A DNA stretch of 63,819 nucleotides, the filler included, from Lenisia limosa (taxonomy: Eukaryota > Protista > Breviatea), in the NCBI GenBank assembly GCA_001655205.1. It is 15 parts of 15 records of this genome, joined end to end, with 100 filler letters (N's around TTAATTAATTAA, not from the genome) between each part and the next. Parts side by side here need not be neighbours in the genome. Positions count along the whole stretch, not along the records: positions 24,405 to 25,568 come from LPNZ01008046.1; positions 25,669 to 26,758 come from LPNZ01003327.1; positions 26,859 to 31,224 come from LPNZ01000095.1; positions 31,325 to 36,356 come from LPNZ01003698.1; positions 36,457 to 37,546 come from LPNZ01002005.1; positions 37,647 to 42,838 come from LPNZ01010623.1; 9 more parts are not named here. The stretch is one strand, 5' to 3'. Under the pieces are notes generated by a model. That model made no database searches. It was given only the letters and a program-made list of their open reading frames with translations, and had not been told where the DNA came from. This document shows positions 25,231 to 38,559 of the stretch, one piece after another; the stretch's first letter is position 1; every line of letters begins with the position of its first letter. The translations under genes were made by a program, and so were the position numbers.

Positions 25231-28200
25231 TGGTGTAAGGCAAATGATTGGTTGAATTGACATTCTCATCAAGTATATCTTAGAAGCTTGATGCTGGCAT
25301 GTTGGGGTGGATGGCTTTGGCCAGATGGCTTGTTTTATTTTTGATTTCCCTGTAACATGAGGAGAATACAAAGGAACAATTCTGTTTGTGTTGCAAGAGT
25401 ATGAAGGGGAGTATTAAATTTTCCTCTCTTCCTTGTGATCAGAGAAGACTTCTATGCTATTTGATTGACATCACAAAGATGCTCTGACACTCGGAATGAA
25501 GCCTCGTGTTTCTTAATTGACTCGAAAGTCTTTCATGCTCCTATTGCCAGTCGTCTCTTTATTTTGCGNNNNNNNNNNNNNNNNNNNNNNNNNNNNNNNN
25601 NNNNNNNNNNNNTTAATTAATTAANNNNNNNNNNNNNNNNNNNNNNNNNNNNNNNNNNNNNNNNNNNNATCGCAATTACCTCCAATCACCACGCAGCATA
25701 CGATATTTCGGTGCTGCAGCAAGCCTACCCCGCTCCCTCCACTCGGCAAAAATCAAATCCACCCAAGTAGGCCATCTTCATGTTCATGTTCTGTGTTCAT
25801 AGAAGGCTTCACTTCGGTTCGAAAAAGACCGGTAAAATATTGATAGTTTTCGAGGATTTATCGAGAAATTCAGTCTTTTTTTGAACCTAAGTGATAATAC
25901 GGGATAACGTGCCTTTTTGCCTTCTTGGTAATCATAATCCCTGAGCCCTTTGAGAATCATAATTACTGGTTACTTTTTGTTTTTCAAAGACATGCATTGG
26001 AGAAAGGATGAAGCAAAAGAAAAGAAAAAAAAACTGACTTCAAAGAGAAAACTATAACATCATCCACAATCCAGAGCCTTTTTCAGCCCATTGCTCCTCT
26101 AACCCCAGGTTGATGCACCGACGGAATAACAGCGGATCGTCGCACTCCTTACTTGACCCCAAGCAGCCCCTCTCGTCCCCTCCCAAGTGGGCTGATATTG
26201 CAATTGAAATACATAATATCAAGAGTTGTAAATAAAGACGTGGTCATGTGAATATTTTTCCATATTTTATGATATCCCAACATATATTTACATTATTTGC
26301 ATTTTTTGCACACGTCATATGTACAACAAACTGTAATAGTTGCCTACAAATAGTACATATCATATGATATGATATTTCATATTTTTCATACAATATGCCA
26401 GACATACAACCAAAATTCAAAGAAATATTATACACAACGGGTTTGTATTTCAGATTTCAACTGGTTAATGGCTTTTTCAGTGGAGGGGAAGTATTAAGCG
26501 GGTTTTTAGCTACATGGGTTTCAAATTTGGCTATCTTTACCCAAAAAAGCTTCTTCTTTTTTTGTTTAATAAATTGTCCCATTTAATCCCCCCTATCAGC
26601 CCTCCCTCCCCTCTCATTGACTTTACGGTGACACTAGGAACGAACCTCAACGAGTGGGGGGGGGGGTGTCTTTCTCGGAAATGTGTAGAATATATTTATA
26701 TATCATATATCATATATTATTCATACTACTATATCTATACATAGTTGTATATACATATNNNNNNNNNNNNNNNNNNNNNNNNNNNNNNNNNNNNNNNNNN
26801 NNTTAATTAATTAANNNNNNNNNNNNNNNNNNNNNNNNNNNNNNNNNNNNNNNNNNNNCACCGTGTGGCTAAATAATGATGATTGGCGTAAGTGATAGAA
26901 GGTGACTAAAGGATGATGTAAGTGATTTTATACAATTCTATACCTATAGTATCTATGTAGTATCTATGTAGTATCTATATAGTATCTATATAGTATGATC
27001 AGGGCTTCACTTCGGTTCGAAAAAAACACTGAATTTCTCGATAAATCCTCGATACCGGTATTTTTCGAACCGAAGTGACGCCCTAAGTATGATACAATAC
27101 ATATTATAGCTAATTGTATACTTTAAGCTACATATATGTACATATAATATCATCGTCAGCGCCCCTATCCACCCTGTAGCTATATGGATCATTAACGATT
27201 ATTGGTGTGGATAAACACAAGTATCACAGCACATACATAACCCTTGAAGGCATACCAAAGCAAATCTAGAAGAACCCCAGTTAATATGTACTATATTTAT
27301 ATATATATACATATATGATAATGTAGTAATATAGTATATCATATAATATATAATATCATATGATATAAAATGAAAATATCGATATGTACAGTGTATATCA
27401 TATTACATTTAATATACCATATTCAAATGACAACTTGGGCTTCACTTCGACACGAAATAGATCTGTAAAACTATCGAAATATATCGATAATTTATTGAGA
27501 AATACAAACATTTTCTGGATCGAAGAGAAGCCCTAATGATATAACCCTTGAAAGCGTACCAAAGTGAATCGAGAAGGTAGAGAAGAAGTCTGAAGGTAGC
27601 TTCGGTCGGTAAAAAACTGTTCAGATCACCAGCACTTGACGCCTTTGGCTAGGGGCATAAATATTTGTATGGAAACAACATGAATAAACATGATGCTTTA
27701 GGATGGGGGAATTAATACAGTAGTATTAAAAATATGAATTAAAATAGTGGTCATGATTAGTAACACAGTTCAGGAAAGGTGACACTAGTATGTTTGTAGG
27801 ACTCTGGAATTAAACTATTTTAAGAAATTAATTGACAAAATTTGACAATAAAGTGTCATTGATGGAGTTCTTGTTATATGATATCCCACATTCATATATT
27901 ATGTGAACATGAATCAAAGAAGTCAAAAGGGGACATTAGTATGTTTGTGTGTGAACATGAATGATAATAAAAAATACTGCGCTTTGAATAAGAATACAAT
28001 TAGTGGTTATAAGAGAAACACAGTTCAAAAAAGGTTGTATTAGAATGTACATGAAAAAAATGGCCATGAATATAATTAAAATAACATTAGCAATGATAAT
28101 TTGAGTTTTACTGTAATGTTTCTACAGTACCTAGTTGGTAACATATGAGCTACAGACAAATACTGTTCAAAAAAGAGTGTGTATTTGAATACATTTGATG

Positions 28201-30174
28201 ATTAGGTTTTGGGAAGCAGATATTTATGACTCCCTGCAATTAATTGTGAAATTGATTTCTGTCTCGGGGCATTTTTCGTGTTTTATTAGGATACCAACAG
28301 AGTTGCTTTTGGGTCTGCATAAACACCCCGCCAACACTCCTTTTTTGCACTCAGTGGGAAATACAGTAACGACATATTTCAATGAATTCCAGGCCCTTAT
28401 TTTTAATTATGCCAATGGATTTCCTCAAAAAATCAAATGCACTGAGCCCTAATATTATTGAAGAAAAGGAAAACAATGGGGCTTTCGAAGAATTCATGGA
28501 AATATTCATTGAAATATGTCGAGAAATAAAGCAAGAACACCTTGTGATAAGTCCTTACACGATGGAGTAAGATAAGCAAGAACACCTTGTGATAAGTCCG
28601 TTCATTTCGCTAGACTATGTGCATCCACGGACCGCTATAAGTCCCGACACGGGTACTGCACCCCTCCCCCCCAGTCATTTACCCCAACCTAGGATAACAT
28701 CAAATTAATATGGAAAACAATGAATGTGATACCCTCAGACCATCTTACTAAGACAAGTCCCACTTACAACGTTAAACAATGGCGATGACTTCATGAGATT
28801 GATGCCAGGGAAGCTGCAGGAGTAATTGGACTGATTGAAAATACATTTCGTCACAAATTCAAAGATCAAGTTTAAAGGACTACCAAATAGTAGCCCTCCT
28901 TCCGCTAGTTGTCAGATTTCCAACCTTTCTGAAGAACTGCTTTTGAAGAAGGCTGGCGGGGAGGATTCAAGATCAGACGCAAGACGAGCTGGCATCTTGT
29001 CGAAAGGTTGTGAGGTAGGAGTGCTCTGATTCTGTTTGGCCCGGATCTCCTCGTTATTTACTGGTTCCATGATGAAAACAATAAAGATGGCGATGCAAGA
29101 GGGCTGGCTCGAAAGCTAGACCACTTGCCTCCATGATCTAGGCGACGGAATTCATCTCAAACGTCTTACTTACAACTATTTACTACAGCAACGAGTAACC
29201 TTTTCTTGAATGAATACCCAAAAACTCAATTCTTAAATGCGCTGCTGTGACACTGAATCCCCAGGTACTTTTACAGATATATATGCTGGAATGCTTCCTT
29301 TTATCCTTTTTAGGCCCTTAATATGTCGAGATAGTTATTCCTTAATAGTTGTGTTTATTATTGAAAGAAGGAAATCAGAATCACACCAAATGCAGTAAGA
29401 TGAAGAAAGACAAACCCGCTTCCCCAAGCCAGAAGGAACCTTCGCCTGGCATTAACGGCAGCGTATCAAGTACAGCTTTGGTATGATGGATTAAAGGGGA
29501 GATATTCTTGTTTTGGCCGCTGACAAGCGAATTCCGTTAGCGGTTCTTCCTTGATCCTTCTTCCGTGTCTTAGTTAACCTCTTCCCCAATAGCTTGCCAA
29601 TAGCACAATTAATTCTTGCAATCACAATAAAAAGATGATAATAGATTTCTTATGGATGTTCTATTCCGAGCCGCTTTGGTCCGTAGGCTTATTGTTATTG
29701 CCAATGGTATTTCTTTTAGCGTCTGTACACATCTTATTTATTTGCATAATTTGTGCGCAGAGTTGTAAGTTAAATGATGGGTGAATTAACATGATACAAT
29801 AATCTAATGTCTCTTATAAACGTGAGGGTGTGGACAGATTTGACACGGATATTGAGCTTTGTCATCAGTTTTCGTGTAACGACATCGCGTTCAGTGTATA
29901 ATTGTACAAACTGATGAAAAAGAAGCGGGAGAGGTTTTTCAAACACGTAATTATCCAGAAACTAAAGCGACAACAATGAAAACTGAAGACATTACTCCAT
30001 AGCAAAAATATCGGTGAAATATCGAAACAAATATCGAAAAATATCGGTAAAATATCTATAAAATATCGAAAAAATACATAGAACTCTTGCAATATTTCTC
30101 TCAATTGAAATAACAGAGCCCCACTAACCGCATTAGTCTATAGAAGACAAGCGTTACTCCACCACCCCGGCAGT

Positions 30175-30207
30175 TGTTGTTAACATTAACGATGACGGCT
30201 CCATCAG
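30175..30207 (+). CDS. Small exon with an EF-hand-like loop
   Basis: NINDDGSISANE fits the 12-residue EF-hand loop pattern and is followed by a ggtaag donor-like site. Confidence 0.3.
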
Positions 30208-32280
30208 CGCCAATGAGGGTAAGGAGGCCCATAATATATGATTATATATATTATATGTATATATTATTATATTCTGTAAACTATCATCCTCAAAAAGTTA
30301 ACAATCATATGAAAGAAAGTTACATGCATATTAACGCTAACTATCATCTTATACAATAGTTAACAATTTAATGAAAGTTAACAACACCCTAGATGAAGAA
30401 GCGGGTGCTCGGATGTCGCGGAGTCAAAACAGGCAATCGAGGAACGCCTCTATGAACGATGTTCGGAGAGACTGGGATATGGTGGGTGAGTGGGAGTATT
30501 AGGGCTTCCCTATGGTCCGAAAAAGACCGTTTAAATATCGAGAGATTCGGTCTTTTTTTGGGACTGTAGGGAAGCCACTGGGATTATCATGAAGATGGGG
30601 AGATGTTGGGGGGATAGCACCGAAAAACTTAGAATTGCCTTTTATGGAACACAACTCTGAAACAATTGCCTTTTTAGGAACCAAATAATGATATAATTGC
30701 CTTCTTAGGAAGAGCATTCCCTGAAACACGGGTCTGCAATTGCGTACTACGTTGATGTTGAAATTGATGATGGTAGGAGTGGTTACTTGAGGGTTGTTTT
30801 TTATTTTTTAATGATGTTAAATAATAATAATGATGATGATGTTGATGATGATAATAATAATGATGATGATGGTGGGAGTTAGGGAGTTTTTTTTATTGAT
30901 GATGATGGATTTCTTGTTTTGTTGAAATTGTACCATGGGAGTGTTGTAATGGTGTATCAAAAGATGGGGTGAATTTATATTTTACTCTGCTCGAGTACCG
31001 CTGAGAAGAGTGATGCTATGTACGGTTTCCGCCAGATAAAACCTTGTTTTATCTCTCATCTCTTATTCCTAAGATAAAGGGGCTGTTTTATTGCGAATTC
31101 AACCTTCAGATGTTGGAGAGGAGCAAGGGAGTGACACGTCATCATCATCATCATCATGCTCTTCGTCAGGATCATCCGCAACCTACCTTTCTTTCAATGG
31201 TGATGAAGAGTTGGGGGGGGGGGGNNNNNNNNNNNNNNNNNNNNNNNNNNNNNNNNNNNNNNNNNNNNTTAATTAATTAANNNNNNNNNNNNNNNNNNNN
31301 NNNNNNNNNNNNNNNNNNNNNNNNTCGTGCCAGCGACCTTCGATCCCTTCAATGACGCTGTCACAATTCTACAGCCATGGGGCATGGGGTCAGCGGGTAA
31401 GATATAGTATATCATATCATATATCATATTGGTTGTTGGTATTCAAATGATTCAGAATCGAATTTTATGCAAGACCTTACCTTCGCAAAGACTCCTGGCC
31501 GATCTGGAAAACAATCGTTTTTAACTTCTAAGTAACTTTTTGAAAGGGGAGCACAATAAAAACAATAAAGCTTAAATGGGCAATGAACTGAACTCTTTAA
31601 GAGACTATGTTCCAGAATATTCCAAAAATTTTTAAAATTATTTTGTACAAAAATCATATTCTTCCCGAAAAAATGCACATAAAATAAGATACATCACTCA
31701 AAATGGGGCTCTTTCAGCCAAAAAGTGGGTATTTTCAAAAGTGCCCGAGGTTATGTGAGTGCCCGAGGTTATGTATGTCCACCTATATTATTTTTTGGGT
31801 TGCTGGAGCCTCTTTCTAAAATTTGAGCCTCTAGCGCCACCTTCATCTAATTATTGTTGTCATATCCATGATTGAGTGATAATAGGGCTCCAATAGGGCG
31901 GGTAACATAGTATTCTTGGAATCTAGACACAGCATTCGTCCAATATTCCTATCTGGATCCAGTCAGATTCAAAAAAATGATCCGGATTTGAATTCGGAAT
32001 TTTTGTTATTTTTTCTTTTGTGAATGCGTTTTGGAAAGACCAAGTGTGGATGGATCTCTTTTCGGATCCTTCAGTATCCGATATAGGATTCGGGTACGTC
32101 GGAACCTAGGATCGGGTCGAATCCGATCCTGATCCTCGTTTTTGTGATTGGTCTGTTCCGGATCTAAATCCAAGTACCCGGAAATATGGCGTTATTGATT
32201 AAGGGTGTCTTCCAATATTACATAGTTTATTATATATTGTGTGCTATAGTATATTAGTAATTATGTGTTTTCCGTATGTA

Positions 32281-33371
32281 CAGTGGCGGGTAAAAGTATA
32301 AAGACAAAGTGTTTTGGCCCTAACTTTTCGCCATTTTGGTCGTTTTTGCATCAATGAACTCCTATGAGTCTCAGAATGATGCCCAAACATTCTTTGGGTG
32401 TTTTTCAAANNNNNNNNNNATGGTTGCAACAGTCAAAATTATTGACCCAAAACGGTTTATGGGTAATAGATAGATAGTTCGTCTTTTCTACGTTTTTACT
32501 TGTAATTGAATGAAAAATGCATTAATACTTAGTAAATAGACCGCCATTGTCAATTACAGCTTGGCATCTTTTTTGACGAAATTAAATTTTGAATCATAGA
32601 CTGGGGAATAGCCTCCCATTCTTCCTTCAGTGCATCAAATAATACGTTGACATTGGAAAATTTTCCACGTGCCCTTACTCTTCTGTTCAGAATTTCCCAA
32701 ACATGCTCAATTGGATTTAAATCGGGGATTAGGCAACCCTAATTAACAAATATGAACAAAACCATTCAAGAAGATAATTAGGCTTCTTTCTGACCCTTCG
32801 ACAATATAACCATATTTCTTAGCAACACGACGAAGAGTATAACACGAGACGGTCTTACCAAGTTTCTGGGATAAAACAGCAGCATGGACTGACATAGGGC
32901 GCTTGGGAGATTCTCGAATCGATCGCTGGACTTCGTCAAAGCACGTGGCCTTCCAGAACGCTTTTTAATAGTTCCTTTAATCTTCANNNNNNNNNNAGCC
33001 TTCTTCTGTGCAACATTTCTCTTTGGCTCTAATTTCGGGTGAAATTTCTTTACCTCTACCCATAGTATAACGTGTAAAAAAGGTGGTAAAAGGTAACTAG
33101 GTATTTTCAGTTCAGTTCAATCAAAAATGATTACGAAATTAGAAATTCCCCCAAAAAATCTAACTATTACCCATAAACCGTTTTGGGGTTTTTTACTTTT
33201 TTCAGTAATTTTGACTGTTGCAACAACATATTTTTGAAAAACACCCAAAAAGTGTTTGGGCATCATTCTGAGACTCATAGGAGTTCATTGATGCAAAAAA
33301 ATTAAAAAACGACCAAAATGGCGAAAAGTTAGGGCCAAAACACTTTGTCTTTATACTTTTGCCCGCCACTC
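32281..33371 (-). mobile_element. Internally deleted Tc1-family DNA transposon with about 200-bp TIRs
   Basis: TA|CAGTGGCGGG...CCCGCCACTC|TA, with long inverted arms at about 32281-32470 and 33165-33371. Minus-strand relics: (M)RGKEISPEIRAK, RSGRPRALT, LGKTVSCYTLRRVAKKYGY.CRRVRKKP, then directly PDLNPIEHVWEILNRRV...LKEEWEAIPQSMIQNLISS...CQAVIDNGGLFTKY*. Frameshifted. Confidence 0.92.
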
Positions 33372-33419
33372 TATGTAGGCAATATATTACATGGAGTAAA
33401 ATGGATGACCACCCTTACT

Positions 33420-35600
33420 TCAGGTGTCAATCCAAAAGGAAAAGAACTGGCATGTGGTAAAGACGCTAGCCGCAGAACATCATTGAAGCAATTCTGAAAG
33501 TTCAGTAATGGTAAAGGGATCTTTGTTGGAAGAGGAATACACCAATAAACAATTTCATTTTTCATAACTAACCTGAAGATAAGAGCTAAAGACTGCCTCT
33601 CCAGCCAAAAGATAACGAAATGAATCCCCAATAATGGGGTATCTAAACATTCGGTTAAGTCCATTGATGAATATCCCTCGTTTTATTGTATTGTACTTAA
33701 CATATGATGATAGAAGGTTTTTCTTGCCCCCAAAGAAAACGGAAGTCACAATAGGACGCAAACCTTGACTCAATTTGATTTCTGCAGTCTTCTGCTCTAC
33801 AAAGAGTTAACCAGAACTAATAAAAATAAAATGTTGCAAACATTTGTTGTAAATCATAAAAGGAAAGCAATTGCAAAGTAACCAACAATAATCCACCCAA
33901 AACGCACATTTAACCAAAGACTAGTTGATACATTAACAGTAGAAAATGTTTCAATAAGCGAGTCATCTCCGCTTGAAAAACACGCCCAGCTTAGCACCCT
34001 CCCTCTTCAACCAAAAATGATTTGCTTGAGTGGACACATGTTGCATTTTAATTGATTCATGAAATCATTCAATTTGACAGAATACATTTCCAATTCTTGT
34101 CACAAAAATGTACAGCAATAAAAGACACGCCAGTCAACCCCACACAGAAACAGATAGTGAGGTTCCTGAAAATAAAGCAACTCACTCGGTGAACTTCAGG
34201 CAGGTCTCTTTGCTTCGAGAAGGAATATAGTGAACAGGAAGTTGACATCTTTTGAGCACATCGTTTCTAAATATTTATAAAATGAATTCACAGACCTCCT
34301 CAGTTAAATAAACGAAAATTTCTAAGGTGAGGATAAGTCCTTCCTTACACAGGCATGATGGTGTGCCGGTATCGGCCAGTTACAACCTTGTTTTATTGCT
34401 CAACTCTGATATGCTATAATACTATGTTGTAAATAGTTAGAAACTTGTACATAGTATGCAGATGATGGTATATCATATCATATGACAAAATTACACCACA
34501 AACTTAAAGGGGCAGTTGGCTGTGAAGACAACGTGGTTATCATGAGCTGGACTGAGGCCATCAGGGTAGTCAGTGTAAACCTTGACGCCATGAAAGTATG
34601 TTAACGAAAAAAATACATCCAAGATTGCATCCCCTGAAAAAAGAATAATAAATCAGAATAACGTCGACTTCAGGATCACATTCTATGCGCTGGTTTATTA
34701 TATTACGAGATACTTTTGATTGCATGTATGATAGATATACTATATGTATTATGTATTATGTATTACACAAAAAAATACAAAATGATATATATATGTAAAT
34801 AACTATATCAGAGGACCAAATGGCATACCTTACACTTCGATATTGCTTCTAGGTTGACAACATCAAGGTATACTATCTTCTTTTTGTTAAATCGTGGGCT
34901 GGATTTTATGAGAGTAAAAGCTTTCCGCATAAATTATGTTGTTAACGTGGTGTTTCTTTTTTATCCAGTATGGTCTGCCAAACAATAAAACAGAAGATAC
35001 TCGTATTATCTCTATCAATACAAGCTTTGTTGTCTGTGTGAATCAGTATTACTTTTTTTGTTTGAGTTATCAGATACTACTCTTTGTTTTTCAAAGAGAA
35101 GAATGTGTTCACTAATGTACTGTCTGATTGGCTAGCCGTTCCCTGGGTTGGAGCAGGGCAATTGCAGAAAGTGTACCCCCCCTCCCCCAGATACAATATA
35201 AAGAGTATAGTCCCTCCCACCAATAGTACTCCATGGTTTTCAGACGACTACAACTCTGCGCAAACTTAAAACAGACTCTTTGGCTGCCGTCAATGCTGCC
35301 GAGATCAAATGACTATCATAGCAAAATTCAGGGTGAGGGAATGGTAAAATACACCCTTATCCACGAGAAATGATGACCCCCCCCCCCAAAAAAAAAAANN
35401 NNNNNNNNNNNNNNNNNNNNNNNNNNNNNNNNNNNNNNNNNNNNNNNNNNNNNNNNNNNNNNNNNNNNNNNNNNNNNNNNNNNNNTATTAGCTTTCTTCC
35501 AACATTTCTTTTGATTTCAAAGCGTCAAGGAGTGCAAAGAGCAGTACAACCGTTTTACCAGTTCCTGCACGGCCTACAAGAGCGGTCTGCTACAAGATAT
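33420..35600 (-). CDS. Multi-exon P-loop NTPase fragment (helicase or STAND type unresolved)
   Basis: Exon at about 35500-35600 encodes QTALVGRAGTGKTVVLLFALL (Walker A, GxxGxGKT). Downstream splice-bounded exons lie on the same strand; that they belong to one gene is inferred. Confidence 0.5.
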
Positions 35601-36069
35601 TTAGAATTGACAAATTATGAAGAATTTATAACAAGAACATCTTGATTTATGTACGTAGTGTAGTTAATATGCATAGTATAGTACATATGATCATGCCATG
35701 TATGTATGCTATATATTGATATGTATCAGTGATATGTTTTTATGTATATATGTATATGTATGTGAGTCTTCAAAGCTTAGGACAACATTCAAAATTCCTG
35801 AAGACATCAAAATTCCCGGACAGCTTGAGATTTTTTTTTGTTTTGTTTCTTTTTATTCTCTTTTCATTTCCGTCTTTTAAATTATTTTTCAATTGCCCAT
35901 ATCCCCACGTCACCTTATTTTAAAAAAAAAAGACTTAAAACATCATTCTATAATTGAAATATTCAACAAAAAGGAATGGTAAACATTATCGATACAGGGA
36001 CATGTTTCCCATTTGAAAAAAAAAATAAACTCAATTTCTTTAGAATGGTGAAACTCAGAAAACGATACA

Positions 36070-36290
36070 AAGGCTTTTCGGGCCTTCTTGGTATTTCTAC
36101 CAGCAGGAGAGCGGCGCTTGGGGGCAGTAGCAAGCCTTGGGGGCAGTCTTAGGAGCAGTAGCCTTGGGGACAGCTGTGCCTCGAGCTCTGACCTTCTTAG
36201 CAGCCGATGGTACCGACTAAGGTCATGCTTGACTGCCTTGGGCTTGCGAAGGCGATCTTGGACTCCTTGAAGCTCACAACTTTAGCCTGA
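36070..36290 (-). CDS. Lys/Ala/Pro-rich C-terminal tail (histone H1-like or ribosomal-protein extension); frame not resolved
   Basis: SAAKKVRARGTAVPKATAPKTAPKA.ATAPKRRSPAGRNTKKARKA with strongly biased codons. An apparent 1-nt frameshift is present. Confidence 0.35.
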
Positions 36291-38559
36291 AATGTCAACG
36301 GTGAACTTAAGTTATGTGGCGCTGGGGTGGGGAGGCGGGGGTAAAATGAAGGAAATNNNNNNNNNNNNNNNNNNNNNNNNNNNNNNNNNNNNNNNNNNNN
36401 TTAATTAATTAANNNNNNNNNNNNNNNNNNNNNNNNNNNNNNNNNNNNNNNNNNNNGGGGGGGCACATATCTACATATGATATCTAGAAATGAAGGGGGG
36501 AGGGGACTATGTATAGATGAAAAACCAACATCATCAGACATTTTCGAGATATTGGATTATAGCATAAATTTTAATTCACCTCATCAACAGTTTTTTTAAG
36601 GCATCCACATGTATTTTGTGTTTTGCCAGAATTATTGAATGCACATAATATTTCTTCTCAAAAAACACCGTTTCTCATTAAGTATGGCTCCTTGACATCT
36701 TTTTATGTCCAGGAAAACATTAAATACTAACAAGTGGTAGCCATCAAAACAAACTATAATATGGCTTGCTTACGGGTGTTCTGTTTTCCTGTGGTCCCAA
36801 AAAGACCGAATTTCTTTTGTATCATATGCATCTGATGCATTGATCTCAAAAAAGATGAATTTCTCGATAAATTTTCGAAAACTATCAATATTTTACCGGT
36901 CATTTTCGGACCGAAGTGAAGTCCTACATATGGTGTAATATTCTTGAGACTTGGGGCGGCGGGCGGTTCATGTGTCTCGCCTCCATTTGATTGGGGGCTC
37001 GTCGGCCGGGCGCGGCACGAGTCCGTTGCTTCTGAAAACAGTGAAAATTTTGGTGACAATAAGGATTTCACTTCGTTTCAAAAAAAAAGAATGTATTTCT
37101 CGAAAAATCCTAGAAAACTATCGATATTTAACCAGTCTTATTCGAACAAAAAAAAAGCCCAAATCAGCTCTGTTAGCTGACACAAGGGTTGATAACAACA
37201 ACAAAAAAAGCCCAGTCGCTTCTGCAGCACCGCATCACATCACTCCAGCGTACTTAAAATTGGCACTCACTCCCTCTTTCCTCCTGTTTGACACACATCC
37301 CACATTTTCCTGTTTTTGAACCCCACTCCCACATTCTTCTTTTTAACCCCCCCACCTGCTGGTTATTTACCCTAACGCCTAAGGGAACGTCGGCAAGTGT
37401 GTTGCGCATTGCCATGGTATCTCTCATGGCCTGTGACTGAGGGCTGGGAGACGGGAAGTAAAACGAAGGAAATTTATGAAAAATGGGGAGAGTAAAATAG
37501 GAAAATTTATGAAAAAAAACAAAGGCCACAATCTACCCTCCCCCCANNNNNNNNNNNNNNNNNNNNNNNNNNNNNNNNNNNNNNNNNNNNTTAATTAATT
37601 AANNNNNNNNNNNNNNNNNNNNNNNNNNNNNNNNNNNNNNNNNNNNAAAACAATCCAAACAATCCCACAAAATATCAATAGTTCTTAAGGTTTATAAAGG
37701 AATCAATCTCATAACGCTAAGACAGCTTATACGTCTGTAATATAGATAGATAATTGCTATAGGTGTGAAAATTTGACTTTTCAAAGGGGACATGTGACGC
37801 AGAACAAAAAAATCTCGGCTCTTGCGTTGACCCATATACTACACGCCTACAGATCTAAGGGAACTGGTTGAAGGGTGGCAGTGTAGCTCGATACAAATTG
37901 AGATTGGTACGATCAACCAGGAAACAAGGAGGGGTATTGCAAGTCTGTTACATAAACAAGAGATTGTTTAAATAGGTGTGCATCGTAAAAAATGGGGAGA
38001 GGAAACACATAGTGGTGAATCACCAGAGAGATTTATTAGGGAAAATAAGATGCACGATTTGAGTTTCTGAGATTAATACTATAATAATATACTTTTTGTA
38101 TATCATATCACACCGTCCAGAAATATGTGAAATTTTAGATACGTGTGAAAAGTGTTAAATCCCTGTTTTCATGATTTTCCCATACATCTGACACTATTTG
38201 CATTTTCTGAAAAAAGCTACACAACTCTGTCAAATAATTGAAAAATCCTTCAAAATTGTCAAGAACCACACTTGTACGTACTGCCACTCATTCTTATTCT
38301 CATAGCTAGATAAAGTGAAACACACCAACGTAAAAAGGGGGCAAGTACGATATCACTTGGACTCTTAGATGCAGAACTGAAACTATCATCCGTTTCTTTT
38401 TTTAAAAAGCTGTTTGTGGTTCAAAATGACGAAAAAATGGCCAAATTTCACACATTGATTTATCAAAAATTTCACATATTTCTGGACAGTGTATATGTAA
38501 TTACATATCATACTATATTATGTACATATGAGAGCATATAATTAGATTATAAGCATTAG

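Noticed and set aside
34590-34640. (G)DAILD resembling the RNase III/Dicer signature
   Set aside because: The upstream ERLEFL part is missing; the workable splice path gives RIEWDAILD.
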